A DNA stretch of 64,000 nucleotides from Thermoflexales bacterium (GTDB lineage Bacteria > Chloroflexota > Anaerolineae > Fen-1058). The DNA is taken from the NCBI GenBank assembly GCA_041738395.1, contig JBGSPW010000025.1:4100-68099 (forward strand), written 5' to 3'. Position numbers and translations under genes: made by a program. How positions within the stretch are numbered: position 1 is the first letter of the stretch; each line of letters begins with the position of its first letter. Of this stretch, positions 25,823-35,345 are shown piece by piece. The notes beneath the pieces were generated by a model. The model saw nothing but the letters and a program-made list of their open reading frames with translations. It searched no databases and was not told where the DNA came from.

Positions 25823-27922
25823 ATGACGGATCAACCTCAAAGGCAACAGCCTGAACCCGAGAATTCGGTCGCCAATGTCAGCGGTGGGGTAAACATTGAG
25901 GCCAATCGTGATGTCAATACCGGTGGCGATGCGGTGGGGCGGGATAAGATCGTTCACATCGAGCACTACCATGAAGGTGGTGAAGCGGTTCCGAACAAGC
26001 CGAAGGTCTATCACAATCTGCCGCAGCCAGATTACACGCGCTTCGTTGGGCGCGCGGAGGAGTTGGCCTGGTTACGTGAACGTCTGTCGCCTGAGGATCA
26101 GGCCTGGCAGATTGCCATCACTGGTATCGGAGGAGTTGGGAAGAGTGCGTTGGCGCAGGCAACGGCTCATTTCTATTTTAAGCAATACGACGAATTGCCT
26201 GTGGACGAACGCTTTGAAGCCATTGTGTGGGTTTCTGCAAAGGAAGAGGTTCTTACGGCTGAGGGTAGAGAAGATGCTTCCTTACCCGGTACGATTTTGC
26301 GGACGTTGGAAGACATCTACATTGCAATTGCCCAAACGATGGAACGTGAGGACATCACACTGGCCACGGCACACAATCAATTCGATCTCGTATTGAAAGC
26401 ATTGCGCAAGAACCGCACCTTGCTTGTCATTGACAATTTCGAGAGCGTAAACGACCGTCGCGTTAAGGCTTTCCTGCGCAATTTACCCACACCCACCAAA
26501 GCATTAATCACCTCGCGTGAGTGGCTAGATGTTGTTAACACGTTGGAACTAAAGCGCTTGCCAGATAACGAGGCCGGCAAATTGATTGTGGGAGAAGTAG
26601 CGGGGTGGCATTTGGCCTTGAAGGGGCCTCAACAGCAAATGCTGCACGACTTGACGTCAGGCCTTCCTCTGGCAATCAGACTTAGCATTGCACGATTGGC
26701 AAGTGGCGAGAGGTTTGAGGCGGTAGTCCATTGGCTGAACGATGCTACGGGCGATGTGCCAGAGTACTGTGTGCAAGGACAGGTCGATTTAGCCAACCGA
26801 CGTGATCCTAACACTTTGCCCCTACTACTAGCCTGTTCACTATTTGACCGAACAGCGGGCGGCTCTCGCGACGCACTCCGACAGATCACCAATCTTTCAG
26901 TGTTGGACTGCGACGAAAGCCTCGCCAGATTGCAGCGCCTCTTTCTGCTCAACCGAAATGACGACGATCGTTTTTGGGAGTTGCCTATCACGCAAAGATA
27001 CGCTCACGCACAGTTTGCGAAAGTAGATAGTGACCAACTTGTAGAGCGTTGGATCGCCTGGCTATTAAACTTCGCCGCTACATATGGCCTCGACTTGGAG
27101 CTGCATGTTGAGCAGGCACATCTATTAGCTCCAGAATATCCCAATGCGCGCAGCGCCATTAGCTGGTGCTACGAGCACCAAAGATGGGAAACTCTATTGC
27201 AACTGGCAGAATGTATATGGTATTTCCCCTTCCTCACTTGTCTGTACATCGATTTGCAGGAAATCTTGGACGCTGCTGTTGAATCTGCAAAGATTCTAGG
27301 AGCTAAGCAGGAGGAAGGTCGATGGGAATGTCGGCTCGGGCGGTTGGATTGGGTCCGGGGACAGGGCGACGATGTTGTGGTGCCACATCTTGACAGAGCC
27401 GAAGAGATGGCACGTCAATTCCACGATATGGCTGAGTTGGGCCGTGTTTTGCACTTTCGTTCGGCCCTGTTGCGCCGTCAAGGAAAATTGCCAGAGGCTA
27501 TTCAGCTAGCTCAAGCCATGTTTGAAATCGGCAAACAAATTCAAGACGTGGAATTGAAGGTGTTTGCAGCGCATCGATTGTCGGCATTTGCCTGCGAGCA
27601 GAAACGTTTCGAAGAAGCCCTGTGTTTGCTAGCCGATGCTGAGGAATGGGCGCGAGAAGGCCATTGGTCACGAGGATTAGCGTGGACTTTGTATCATCGC
27701 GGCAACACCCTAATTCAGCAGGAAGCGTTTGAAGATGCTGAGCCCTCGCTCGTACAGAGCCTGGAGATGGCAATTTCATGGGGCGAGCGGCGCTTGATAG
27801 CCTACAACAAACATTGCCTGGCTAAAGTCTACTGTGCGGCCAATAGAACTGGGATGGCCTCCCGAGCGGCGGCGGAGGCGCAAGATTTGTTTGAACGATT
27901 GGGAATTGACCAATCTTCATAA
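25823..27922 (+). CDS. NB-ARC-type STAND NTPase with C-terminal TPR repeats
   Basis: P-loop ITGIGGVGKSALA, Walker B TLLVIDNFESV, RNBS-B-like KALITSREW, GLPLAIRL motif. TPR-like C-terminus. G/N/V-rich N-terminal 45 aa. Confidence 0.75.
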   Translation: MTDQPQRQQPEPENSVANVSGGVNIEANRDVNTGGDAVGRDKIVHIEHYHEGGEAVPNKPKVYHNLPQPDYTRFVGRAEELAWLRERLSPEDQAWQIAITGIGGVGKSALAQATAHFYFKQYDELPVDERFEAIVWVSAKEEVLTAEGREDASLPGTILRTLEDIYIAIAQTMEREDITLATAHNQFDLVLKALRKNRTLLVIDNFESVNDRRVKAFLRNLPTPTKALITSREWLDVVNTLELKRLPDNEAGKLIVGEVAGWHLALKGPQQQMLHDLTSGLPLAIRLSIARLASGERFEAVVHWLNDATGDVPEYCVQGQVDLANRRDPNTLPLLLACSLFDRTAGGSRDALRQITNLSVLDCDESLARLQRLFLLNRNDDDRFWELPITQRYAHAQFAKVDSDQLVERWIAWLLNFAATYGLDLELHVEQAHLLAPEYPNARSAISWCYEHQRWETLLQLAECIWYFPFLTCLYIDLQEILDAAVESAKILGAKQEEGRWECRLGRLDWVRGQGDDVVVPHLDRAEEMARQFHDMAELGRVLHFRSALLRRQGKLPEAIQLAQAMFEIGKQIQDVELKVFAAHRLSAFACEQKRFEEALCLLADAEEWAREGHWSRGLAWTLYHRGNTLIQQEAFEDAEPSLVQSLEMAISWGERRLIAYNKHCLAKVYCAANRTGMASRAAAEAQDLFERLGIDQSS

Positions 27923-27932
27923 ATGTCGTCAA

Positions 27933-28123
27933 GCGGGATGAACGCGGTACGTGCTCGATCCGCAGGAAGTGTATGGCTCGGATTTTCCGGGGGAGACGTT
28001 CCGCGTGCTGACGAAGTCCCCGTCTTTCGCCCAGCGCGTCCCCGGCACATAGTGCTCCCTTCGGCAGGGTGTGGGGGAATGGAGAAGGAGTTGAAGGCGT
28101 ACGGGGAGTTTGGGGCGCGGTAG
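27933..28123 (+). pseudogene. orphan copy 3 of the drmMI 3' end, interrupted by a 66-nt insert
   Basis: gcgggatgaacgcggtacgtgctcgatccgcagga... matches 23665.. onward. Insert at 28012..28077. Homology is lost after ggggagttt (about 28110). Confidence 0.85.
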
Positions 28124-28177
28124 CAAAATACGACGGGCAGAATATCTACTCGCCGTACAACAAGGCTACATCGAGAA

Positions 28178-28378
28178 CTACTTGCCGTTGGCGCGTTTCT
28201 TTGAAGAGGCCATTTTGCGTCGACGCGACGTGGAGGGCTGAGGCTTAGGCAAGCCAATTGCGCCCTCAAAGACCGAAGAATCGTACACGTTCTCGGCGAT
28301 CATGCGACGGCGTGTTTGTGCATTGCGCAAGTAGCGATTGGTATGAACCAGTGATAGCATGAAGCAATTATAGCGCAT
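28178..28378 (-). CDS. hypothetical small basic protein (uncertain)
   Basis: 66-aa ORF divergent from 28511..28735 across a palindromic operator-like region. Confidence 0.3.
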   Translation of the reverse strand: MRYNCFMLSLVHTNRYLRNAQTRRRMIAENVYDSSVFEGAIGLPKPQPSTSRRRKMASSKKRANGK

Positions 28379-28401
28379 CGGGCTTTCAAACGCAGGCTGG
28401 G

Positions 28402-28454
28402 AACGTGATCATGATCGTGTTAAAGATGATCACTGGCATTGCCATGATCACGTT
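28402..28454. promoter_or_regulatory. operator-like cluster of three ATGATCAC boxes, including the 12-bp inverted repeat AACGTGATCATG / CATGATCACGTT
   Basis: Seen directly. Boxes at about 28405, 28426 and 28444, between divergent small ORFs. Confidence 0.5.
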
Positions 28455-28510
28455 TAGGGTGGTAGAGCTTCAATGGATGCAGTATTTTGCGATGGAACTG
28501 AGAAAATCTC

Positions 28511-28735
28511 ATGACCAAAAAGAAGACGACTAAGGCAACCTGGGCTGACGTTCGAGCGCGGTGCGGACTCGACGAAGCGACCATTCAGATGGCCCAGCGA
28601 TTAGGAATGAGTCCGCGAACTGTGTTGGCCAATCAGGCCAGCACTCGGCAAGAGCGATGGAAGGCACCCACGGCCGACTGGATTCAGGATCTGTATCGAA
28701 AGAGATTCGGGGATGCGAAACTGGGCGAGGGATAA
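28511..28735 (+). CDS. hypothetical 74-aa protein (possible small DNA-binding regulator)
   Basis: The only plus-strand ORF at the element boundary, downstream of the palindromic boxes. No motif recognised. Confidence 0.4.
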   Translation: MTKKKTTKATWADVRARCGLDEATIQMAQRLGMSPRTVLANQASTRQERWKAPTADWIQDLYRKRFGDAKLGEG

Positions 28736-28831
28736 CGCGGCCCGCCCGTACCGCCCACAAAGATTATGGCCTGTTTCCACGTACGCGCCAAAATACAGCG
28801 AGGGGGAAGCATCTGCTTCCCCCTCGTCTGA

Positions 28832-31372
28832 TCAAAACAACGTCAACTGTTTATCCGACATCGCCACCTTCCGAACTGGCAACCTGCGTGGCACAGGCAT
28901 CAGCTGCTCTCGCACTGCGGCCAACTCAGCGAGCGTCTTCAACTGCGGACTCGCCAGCGTGGGCGATCCAAGCGGCGACGGCGTCACCGCCGGCCTATTC
29001 CCGATCGAGAAGATGCCCTCGGCGCGACCGATGTTGAGCTTGCCCATCGCTTTGCGCACGAGATCGCTCAGCAGATCGCCATCCTCGAGTTCATCGACCA
29101 ACGCGCCGCCCACGGCATCACCATAGAAGAGCTGCGCGGCCAGCATCTTGTGGCCGAGCAAGTCCAGCGCGCTTTCTTCGAGCGTGTCCTGATACACGGG
29201 GAAGAACAACTTCACTCGCTTGGGCGCCCCCGGCCGATATAGCCGACGCATGAACTGCCAAAGCACATAGAGGCTCCACTCAAACTCGAAGAGAATCGCT
29301 GTGTTGAACATGGTCAGGTTGAGGCCAACCTCAACCAAACGCGCATTGGTCAGCAACACGTCAAACTCGTGCGCGTGGTTCTTGATCCACGTGGCCCGTT
29401 TGGCCGGAGCCAACGAGGGACGCAGGATGCCGGCGCGCAGTCCGGAGACTTCCAACGCTTGCACGAGACGCGGTTGGATATCGCGTGTTCCGGTCTGACG
29501 CACGCCGATCAAAGTTTTGTATCCTTGATCGCGTTCGATCAGACACTGATGTGCCGTCCACATTTCTTTCGGCAGCCATTCACCTGGGCCGACGATTGGC
29601 GGTAGCGTCAGCACCGATTCTTCGCGCCGCACGGCAAAGCGACCGCGGCCGGAGACACGCGGGTGAAAGATCACATGCTCACCCCGGAACATCGCATCAG
29701 GCCGATTCAGCGCCGTGTTGAGCCAGACGCTGATCGCGCCTTTGCCATCCTCTTCCTGTTTCCGCGCCATCGCCCAGCGGAACAAGCCTTCCGCTTCATC
29801 GGGCTGTCCGTCGGCTTGCTTCATTTGCGCCTGCATGGCATCTGTCAGATCCAGACGCACGATCTCTTCCGAATAGTCGGGAAGCGGCAGCCCCACATCG
29901 TTCAGGCTGCTGAAGGTGCAATATTTCAAGCCGATACCCGCGATGGCCGGCGAGATGCCCGGCATCTCCGACACGGAGAGATATTCACGCGTGCCGGTGT
30001 AGGCGCCGTCTTCGGGAATCGCTTTCGGGTCCTCAACGTAGAACGTATTTTTGAGCAGGCCATACTTCTCGACCCAGCGGCGTTCATCACTGTAGCCGAA
30101 CTCACGACGCACTTCACCCGACAGGCGATGCAGTAGCCAAAAGATTGACGTACTGTACCCGCCGAACAACGTCCCAGTTAAACCGACCGTATAGCGACAG
30201 GCGTTGTTGAGCACCGTCAACGCCCAACCCACACCGGTGCCTTTCGCCTTACATTTGTGCAACTCATCAACGCCTAGCGCTCCGAAGAACTTCTTAACTC
30301 GTTTGGCGACCGAAGCGGCCGGCATGCGTCGCAAATCACTCACCTCAAACAGTGGCGCACCGCACACATAGCGCTCGCCATGTTCATCGGTGACGAGTGC
30401 GACGTGCTTCCCGCGTTCTTCGTCCCACACGCGGCGCGGCTGCGGAGCCTGACAGTAGCGGCGGTGTAAGCCCACCCACTCAACGGCTTGACCGGGTGTG
30501 ATGATTTTGTCCGCTAACGGAGAACCATCTTCATCATCGTATTCTTCCACGACCACAGCGCCACACGTGGGGCAAGCACAGACCTCAACGCTCCGCGTTT
30601 GAAGTCGATTGTGCTCATCCCGATACTTCTGATGCACGTGGCGCGTCACCATCGCCGGGACGCGGCCCGATCCGAGTTTCGCCGTCTCATAGGAGACGAT
30701 CGCAAAACTCTTTTCCGGCAGCGCGCCGCTGCGATAATCGGCGACAAACTGTAACAGCGAGTAGCGATTGATCATCTCCCGCGCATGTTCTTCTTCGCGG
30801 GGCAGATCGAGGCCCAGCCACAGATAGCCGCCGATGCGCGCATCGAGTAGATTCGTGTTCTGCGCGTGTGGCCGCCGGCGCGGGGGATTCTTCCATGCCG
30901 CTGTCAGCGTAAAGCGCAACGGGATCAACGCCTGTTTGATCCGCAGACCAAAGCGTGCGCGGAGATCCTTGTCTTTGATGCGGCGCGTGATCTGCCGCAA
31001 CTTATCCATGAACTCGTCAGGTGCTAACCCTTCAAATTCATCGTCGCGCAGATATTCATCCGCAGCCTTGAGCTCCAGCAGGAACTGCTGATGCTCTTCC
31101 TCAGTTTGTGACTGCGTTCGACTGACGTGGCTAAAGAACTGTTGACGCAACCACGCGCCCACTTTCACCGGCTTTGGTGCGGGCTTCGCCCCGATTGTGA
31201 TGACCTTGCTGGCTGCACCGGGAATCACTTCCGCAATCTCTTTGGGCCAGTTCTCAACCCCGGTCACCACACCCGGACCCACGATCAACGCAGGATAAGC
31301 CGTGGCTTGCCGACCGCGACGAGATTGCGCCACGCGCATGTATTCGACGATCGCCAGGAAGATGGTGCTTTT
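28832..31372 (-). CDS. exon 2 of methyltransferase-helicase fusion gene: SF2/SNF2-like helicase part
   Basis: The in-frame peptide upstream of the annotated Met reads KSTIFLAIVEY with no RBS or start. It joins exon 1 (..AEMGSG) to form Walker A GSGKST. Motif II VDELHKCK. C-terminal helicase block LLTNARLVEVGLNLT..RRLYRPG. Confidence 0.8.
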   Translation of the reverse strand, partial: KSTIFLAIVEYMRVAQSRRGRQATAYPALIVGPGVVTGVENWPKEIAEVIPGAASKVITIGAKPAPKPVKVGAWLRQQFFSHVSRTQSQTEEEHQQFLLELKAADEYLRDDEFEGLAPDEFMDKLRQITRRIKDKDLRARFGLRIKQALIPLRFTLTAAWKNPPRRRPHAQNTNLLDARIGGYLWLGLDLPREEEHAREMINRYSLLQFVADYRSGALPEKSFAIVSYETAKLGSGRVPAMVTRHVHQKYRDEHNRLQTRSVEVCACPTCGAVVVEEYDDEDGSPLADKIITPGQAVEWVGLHRRYCQAPQPRRVWDEERGKHVALVTDEHGERYVCGAPLFEVSDLRRMPAASVAKRVKKFFGALGVDELHKCKAKGTGVGWALTVLNNACRYTVGLTGTLFGGYSTSIFWLLHRLSGEVRREFGYSDERRWVEKYGLLKNTFYVEDPKAIPEDGAYTGTREYLSVSEMPGISPAIAGIGLKYCTFSSLNDVGLPLPDYSEEIVRLDLTDAMQAQMKQADGQPDEAEGLFRWAMARKQEEDGKGAISVWLNTALNRPDAMFRGEHVIFHPRVSGRGRFAVRREESVLTLPPIVGPGEWLPKEMWTAHQCLIERDQGYKTLIGVRQTGTRDIQPRLVQALEVSGLRAGILRPSLAPAKRATWIKNHAHEFDVLLTNARLVEVGLNLTMFNTAILFEFEWSLYVLWQFMRRLYRPGAPKRVKLFFPVYQDTLEESALDLLGHKMLAAQLFYGDAVGGALVDELEDGDLLSDLVRKAMGKLNIGRAEGIFSIGNRPAVTPSPLGSPTLASPQLKTLAELAAVREQLMPVPRRLPVRKVAMSDKQLTLF

Positions 31373-32269
31373 GTTATAGTCGGTCAGGGCGCATCTCCTA
31401 GCCTTTCGACTAGGGTGGATTCCCTTTTCCGCTACTGCCGAACCGTGCGTGACACTTTCGCGTCACACGGCTCTAGGCATGGGCGGGGTTATTCCCCCGT
31501 GCATCACGTAGACTTCAACTCGATAGCTGTTCGTTGGTATCGTCTATCGGTATTTGCCCTCGCTTGTGCATAAAGCATCTGCTGTATCCTCGACACTTCA
31601 CGGTCTACGTCGGTCATAGACTGCTCCTTGTTTCAAGGGGCTATCGTGTTGAAGGCTTCCATCGATGCTGTTCCCATGCTGGACACCCTTCGCCTTGAAG
31701 TGGGAGTTACCCCACTGCCTTTGACTACTACGGTGTCCTCCGCCCCCAGATTGCCACGTCAGACGCAACTATCCCAGCCCTAACACGGAGGGCGGGTCAA
31801 TCTGGGTTCCCACGTTCATCGCGTATGTCTCTACCTGGACTTAGACTCTGTCTATACGCCGGCGGTTCTATCCGGTCGATTACACCTCTGTATCGACCGG
31901 CCATGCACTTCCCATCGGGTGAAGGTAAGTGCAAGCCTCTCATCAAGCGGTGCGCTGAGAGATAACCGCGTTCCCCAACCATTCCTAACATTTAGCGGTC
32001 GGGTTAATGGTAACGACGCCTCGACGACAGTTCGTCATCCTAGTCATATCCAGGCACGGCTGGCAGCCTCATCGCATGTTAGGATACTGCGACTCTGCTT
32101 ACTGTTGTCCCTAGAGCTTCACACCGGTTGTTGTTCCTGGTCCCCAGCATGTCTAGGTAGCCGTGTGCCCCTGTGAGGTCAGGGGCCAGTGGATTCGTCG
32201 ATGCTCTGGCGAATCCGCCGCAGTTGTAGTCTGCGGCTAACTCATCATACGCCACGCTTCGTGGCACAC
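31373..32269 (-). mobile_element. ORF-less group II intron (about 897 nt)
   Basis: 5' end GUGUG (GUGYG consensus) directly after the GSG codons. Domain V at about 31440..31473: GAGCCGUGUGACGC-GAAA-GUGUCACGCACGGUUC, with AGC triad, AC bulge and GAAA loop. 3' end ..CUAUAAC (AY). Removal restores the frame and the Walker A motif. Confidence 0.85.
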
Positions 32270-33769
32270 GCCACTGCCCATTTCCGCGGTTATTACTCCC
32301 GCGCCATAGCGCAGGCACAGACGGCCGAGCGCGATCGCCAGGTGTTTCTGAAACTCGGTCAGCCCGGTTTCCTCGCGGCCCGGCAGTCGACGACCTTGCG
32401 ATAGATCATCGAACACGGCCCACTCCCACGGTTCTGGCTTCATGTCATACTGTGGCACGTTGCGCGCCTGCACGATCTCGGCGAGCTGTTCAACGTAGCT
32501 ATCCAGTAAGCCTTTGATCGTTTCGACGTGAGACGTGATGTTCAATTCGCCCTGCGCATCGAGTGTCGCCAGAGCCGTTTCAAACTGCTGTTTGACCTCG
32601 ACTTTGGTCAGGTGCTCTTTGCCATCGTCGCGCTTGGTCGGATCGTCGTCAGGATCGTGCACAACCGTCTTGCTCGTCTTGCGCACATTGCCTTTGATCA
32701 GCAACGGCTGCTGATCGGGTGTCCGCACCAGATTCGTGCCGAGCAGTCCACCGTTGAGCTGCATGGCGATGTGCCCTTTCTTGGGCGTCATCGCCGGTTC
32801 GATCACGGGTGGCGTCGTCGGCGGAATCAGATCGAGCCAGTCACGGCTTTGTTCCAGGTGCGCGATGGAATCCTGCGCCACCCGCAGCCGATCTTCGTCC
32901 GTGACCGGAACAAACTGAAAACGAAACGCGCCGCGCGGGCCGCGCAACGGACTAGCCGGGATGGCATATTCTCCATGACTCGCCGCTAACTCAGGCAGAT
33001 CGCCGTAGACCGGCTGACGCACTTTCTTTTTCGCCTGCCCCGCGCTTCTCAGCGGGGTCGGCTGGCCGTCCGCTGTTAGTTCGCCTTCAACTTCGACTTC
33101 GATCTGCTGGTAGTCGACAACGATCTTCGCTTCGGCCCAGGCCTGCACGGCGCGTAGACCGTCGCCGCTGGCCGGGGTGTAAGTCTTGCGCCGCACACCG
33201 AAGATCACAATTTGCTTGAACGTGTCGTAGTCATCACCAGCCAACTTGAAGCAGCGCAAATCGTCATACCAGCCGGCGAGATGCCGCGCCACTTTTTCAT
33301 TGATCCGTTGATGAGGAATGATGTACACCAGCACACCCCCTGGCATGAGGCGCGGGGTTGTGTCGAGCAGAAAAGTTTCTTCCAGACGCTTACCACCGCC
33401 CGTCATCCCTTCACCATCATAGGGTGGATTGAGCAGCACGAACGAGAAGGTCTCATCCGCCAACACCGCATACTCATAAGCCGTGTTGAGCACATGATCC
33501 AACGCACGTGCGGCGTCTGTGGCCCGCACATCCGACAACTCGATGCCGTAGGTTTCAGCCGGGCCATGCGCAGCCGCGATCGCGGCCAACGCCTCGCCCT
33601 TACCACAGCACGGATCGAGATAGCGGCGCAGGCCGACTTCGATCGAGAGGACCAGCCATGTGAGAATGATCATCAGGCTGGTCGTGGGCGTGGGATAATG
33701 CCCCAACTTACTTTGTCCCTCCAAGCGCATAGTGCGCCTCCTTTCTTCCCGCCCGGAGACGCACCTCAC
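32270..33769 (-). CDS. exon 1 of methyltransferase-helicase fusion gene: N6-adenine DNA methyltransferase part
   Basis: Motif I YLDPCCGKGEAL, motif IV FVLLNPPYDGEG. The ORF track extends 10 codons (VCHEAWRMMS) into the intron before a stop. Confidence 0.8.
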
Positions 33770-33826
33770 CCCGTAGGGGAGAAAAGCGCGTCCCCTGGTA
33801 GGGTGTATTCAATACCGTTTGTTCGG

Positions 33827-34048
33827 CTACACGTTGACCGGCGTCAACGATCCATCGGCAGCACGTAACTCAAAATGCAGCAGTTGCGCTGGCACGTCAG
33901 GAAAGTGCGATCGCATGTAGCCGGCCATATACGTCAGGCTGAACATCGTCGTGCTCGTGAAGGTGATCGCCGTGACGCGCTCCCGATACTGGCCGTAAGC
34001 GCTATACGCGCGATAGCACCAGTTGATCAACTCCATCACGTTGTCCAT
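33827..34048 (-). CDS. hypothetical protein (73 aa)
   Basis: The internal Met start overlaps the upstream stop (TGATG). Confidence 0.45.
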   Translation of the reverse strand: MDNVMELINWCYRAYSAYGQYRERVTAITFTSTTMFSLTYMAGYMRSHFPDVPAQLLHFELRAADGSLTPVNV

Positions 34049-34758
34049 CACACCTCCACCGAGCGCCGCGTGTTGAACACGCTCGCGCTGCCCACGGCGA
34101 TAGCCGCCGTCTGCTGAGTGCCGTCCAAAGTGATCTGCCCCGACTTGACCCCGGCCGCGATGATCTCGCGCCACGGTGCCGGATCGATCAAATAGCCTTG
34201 CGGCGAATTGCCGCCCGTCAGCAGCGGACGCGCATAACCTTGCGCTGCGGCTTCGGCCAGCAGATAGTCGCCCCAGCCGATTTGAATCGGATACGGCGAG
34301 CCTTGCTCGAGCATCGCCGCCAGCGCCGTGCTGGCTGGCAGACCGGGCCAGTCCAGCGCGATGAACGGCTGCGTATAGTCTTCCACCCGGCTGGCCTCCG
34401 GCGCGATCAACCGCAAATGCTTCGGTCGAGCACGCCCGGCCAGGCTGGGCGCATCCGCCGCCAACCGCCGATAGCGCCGGCGCAGGCCGCGCGCCAGGTA
34501 GGTCGGCATATGAGCGTCATAGTCGGCGAGGCGCACGTCCGAACTGCCGCCGTTCACGAGGGTCGCCCAGATCGCGTTCAGTACCTTGGGATGATTGGGC
34601 GCGAGGTCGAGCCAGACGATCACATTCTCACGTTCATCATTCGGCACCGGCTGCTGTTTCTGCTGCGCCTCCTGTAAGGCCTTCTCATCAGCAAAACGCG
34701 CGATCGCGAAACCGCACGCCAGGACGCTGAGGCTGTCGTTGGAAATGCGGATGCTCAT
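34048..34758 (-). CDS. hypothetical protein (236 aa)
   Basis: ATGA overlap with the upstream gene. No motif recognised. Confidence 0.55.
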   Translation of the reverse strand: MSIRISNDSLSVLACGFAIARFADEKALQEAQQKQQPVPNDERENVIVWLDLAPNHPKVLNAIWATLVNGGSSDVRLADYDAHMPTYLARGLRRRYRRLAADAPSLAGRARPKHLRLIAPEASRVEDYTQPFIALDWPGLPASTALAAMLEQGSPYPIQIGWGDYLLAEAAAQGYARPLLTGGNSPQGYLIDPAPWREIIAAGVKSGQITLDGTQQTAAIAVGSASVFNTRRSVEV

Positions 34759-35231
34759 GGCGTCACCTCGACGACTGGCCTGGCAAGTTTCTGCGCCGCT
34801 TCGATAAAGCGTTGCGCCCGAAGATTCGGCGCCCAGACTTCATTGAGGAAGTGCATGACTTCGCGCTTGGACTGCGGCGCGAAAAGCATCTGCCCATCCT
34901 CTCGATACACGGTGACCTGCGTGTAGCCCGCCACCTGTGACAACTCGATGGGCCACCCATCGTCTCTGATCTCCACTTCGGGATCGGGAACCAGATCGCC
35001 CGCCTGCTCGAAGTAGTGGGCGACGCTGATACGCCGGTTCTCACCGGCGATGGGCGAATCCCACGCCTCAATGCTGAGAGGCAGGTAGGGTAGATTCTCG
35101 ATTCGCAGGCTGACGTGTGGACCCCGTTGGGCAAACCGATCATGTTGACCGGCAGCCGCGACAATCTCAAAAATCAGATTGGCAAAACGTGTTTTCATAG
35201 CGTATTCCTTTCTTGCCCACGCGGGGCACAT
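34755..35231 (-). CDS. hypothetical protein (start 35231 or 35198)
   Basis: GGAGAAAACACCATG at 35231. Alternative AAAGGAA-ATG at 35198. Confidence 0.55.
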   Translation of the reverse strand: MCPAWARKEYAMKTRFANLIFEIVAAAGQHDRFAQRGPHVSLRIENLPYLPLSIEAWDSPIAGENRRISVAHYFEQAGDLVPDPEVEIRDDGWPIELSQVAGYTQVTVYREDGQMLFAPQSKREVMHFLNEVWAPNLRAQRFIEAAQKLARPVVEVTP

Positions 35232-35345
35232 GGTGTTTTCTCCGATCAGCACAGACACTGGCCGGACATGGAACAATCCCCATCCTCTGGTGGGATGGTG
35301 CCAATCCCAGCACTTGAGGACAACTGGAATTGTCGGGGACTACGA

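Noticed and set aside
23665-28123. The repeated drmMI 3' ends as template/variable repeats of a diversity-generating retroelement
   Set aside because: There is no reverse transcriptase in the window. The mismatches between copies are transitions at mixed bases (A/G, T/C), not adenine-specific substitutions. The orphan copies also carry insertions.
31127-32404. ORFs inside or overlapping the intron (31127..31573, 31797..31991, 31919..32176, 32079..32318, 32189..32404) as an intron-encoded protein or other real genes
   Set aside because: They are short, on mixed strands and lack RT (YxDD) or maturase motifs. The region is explained by group II intron RNA structure.
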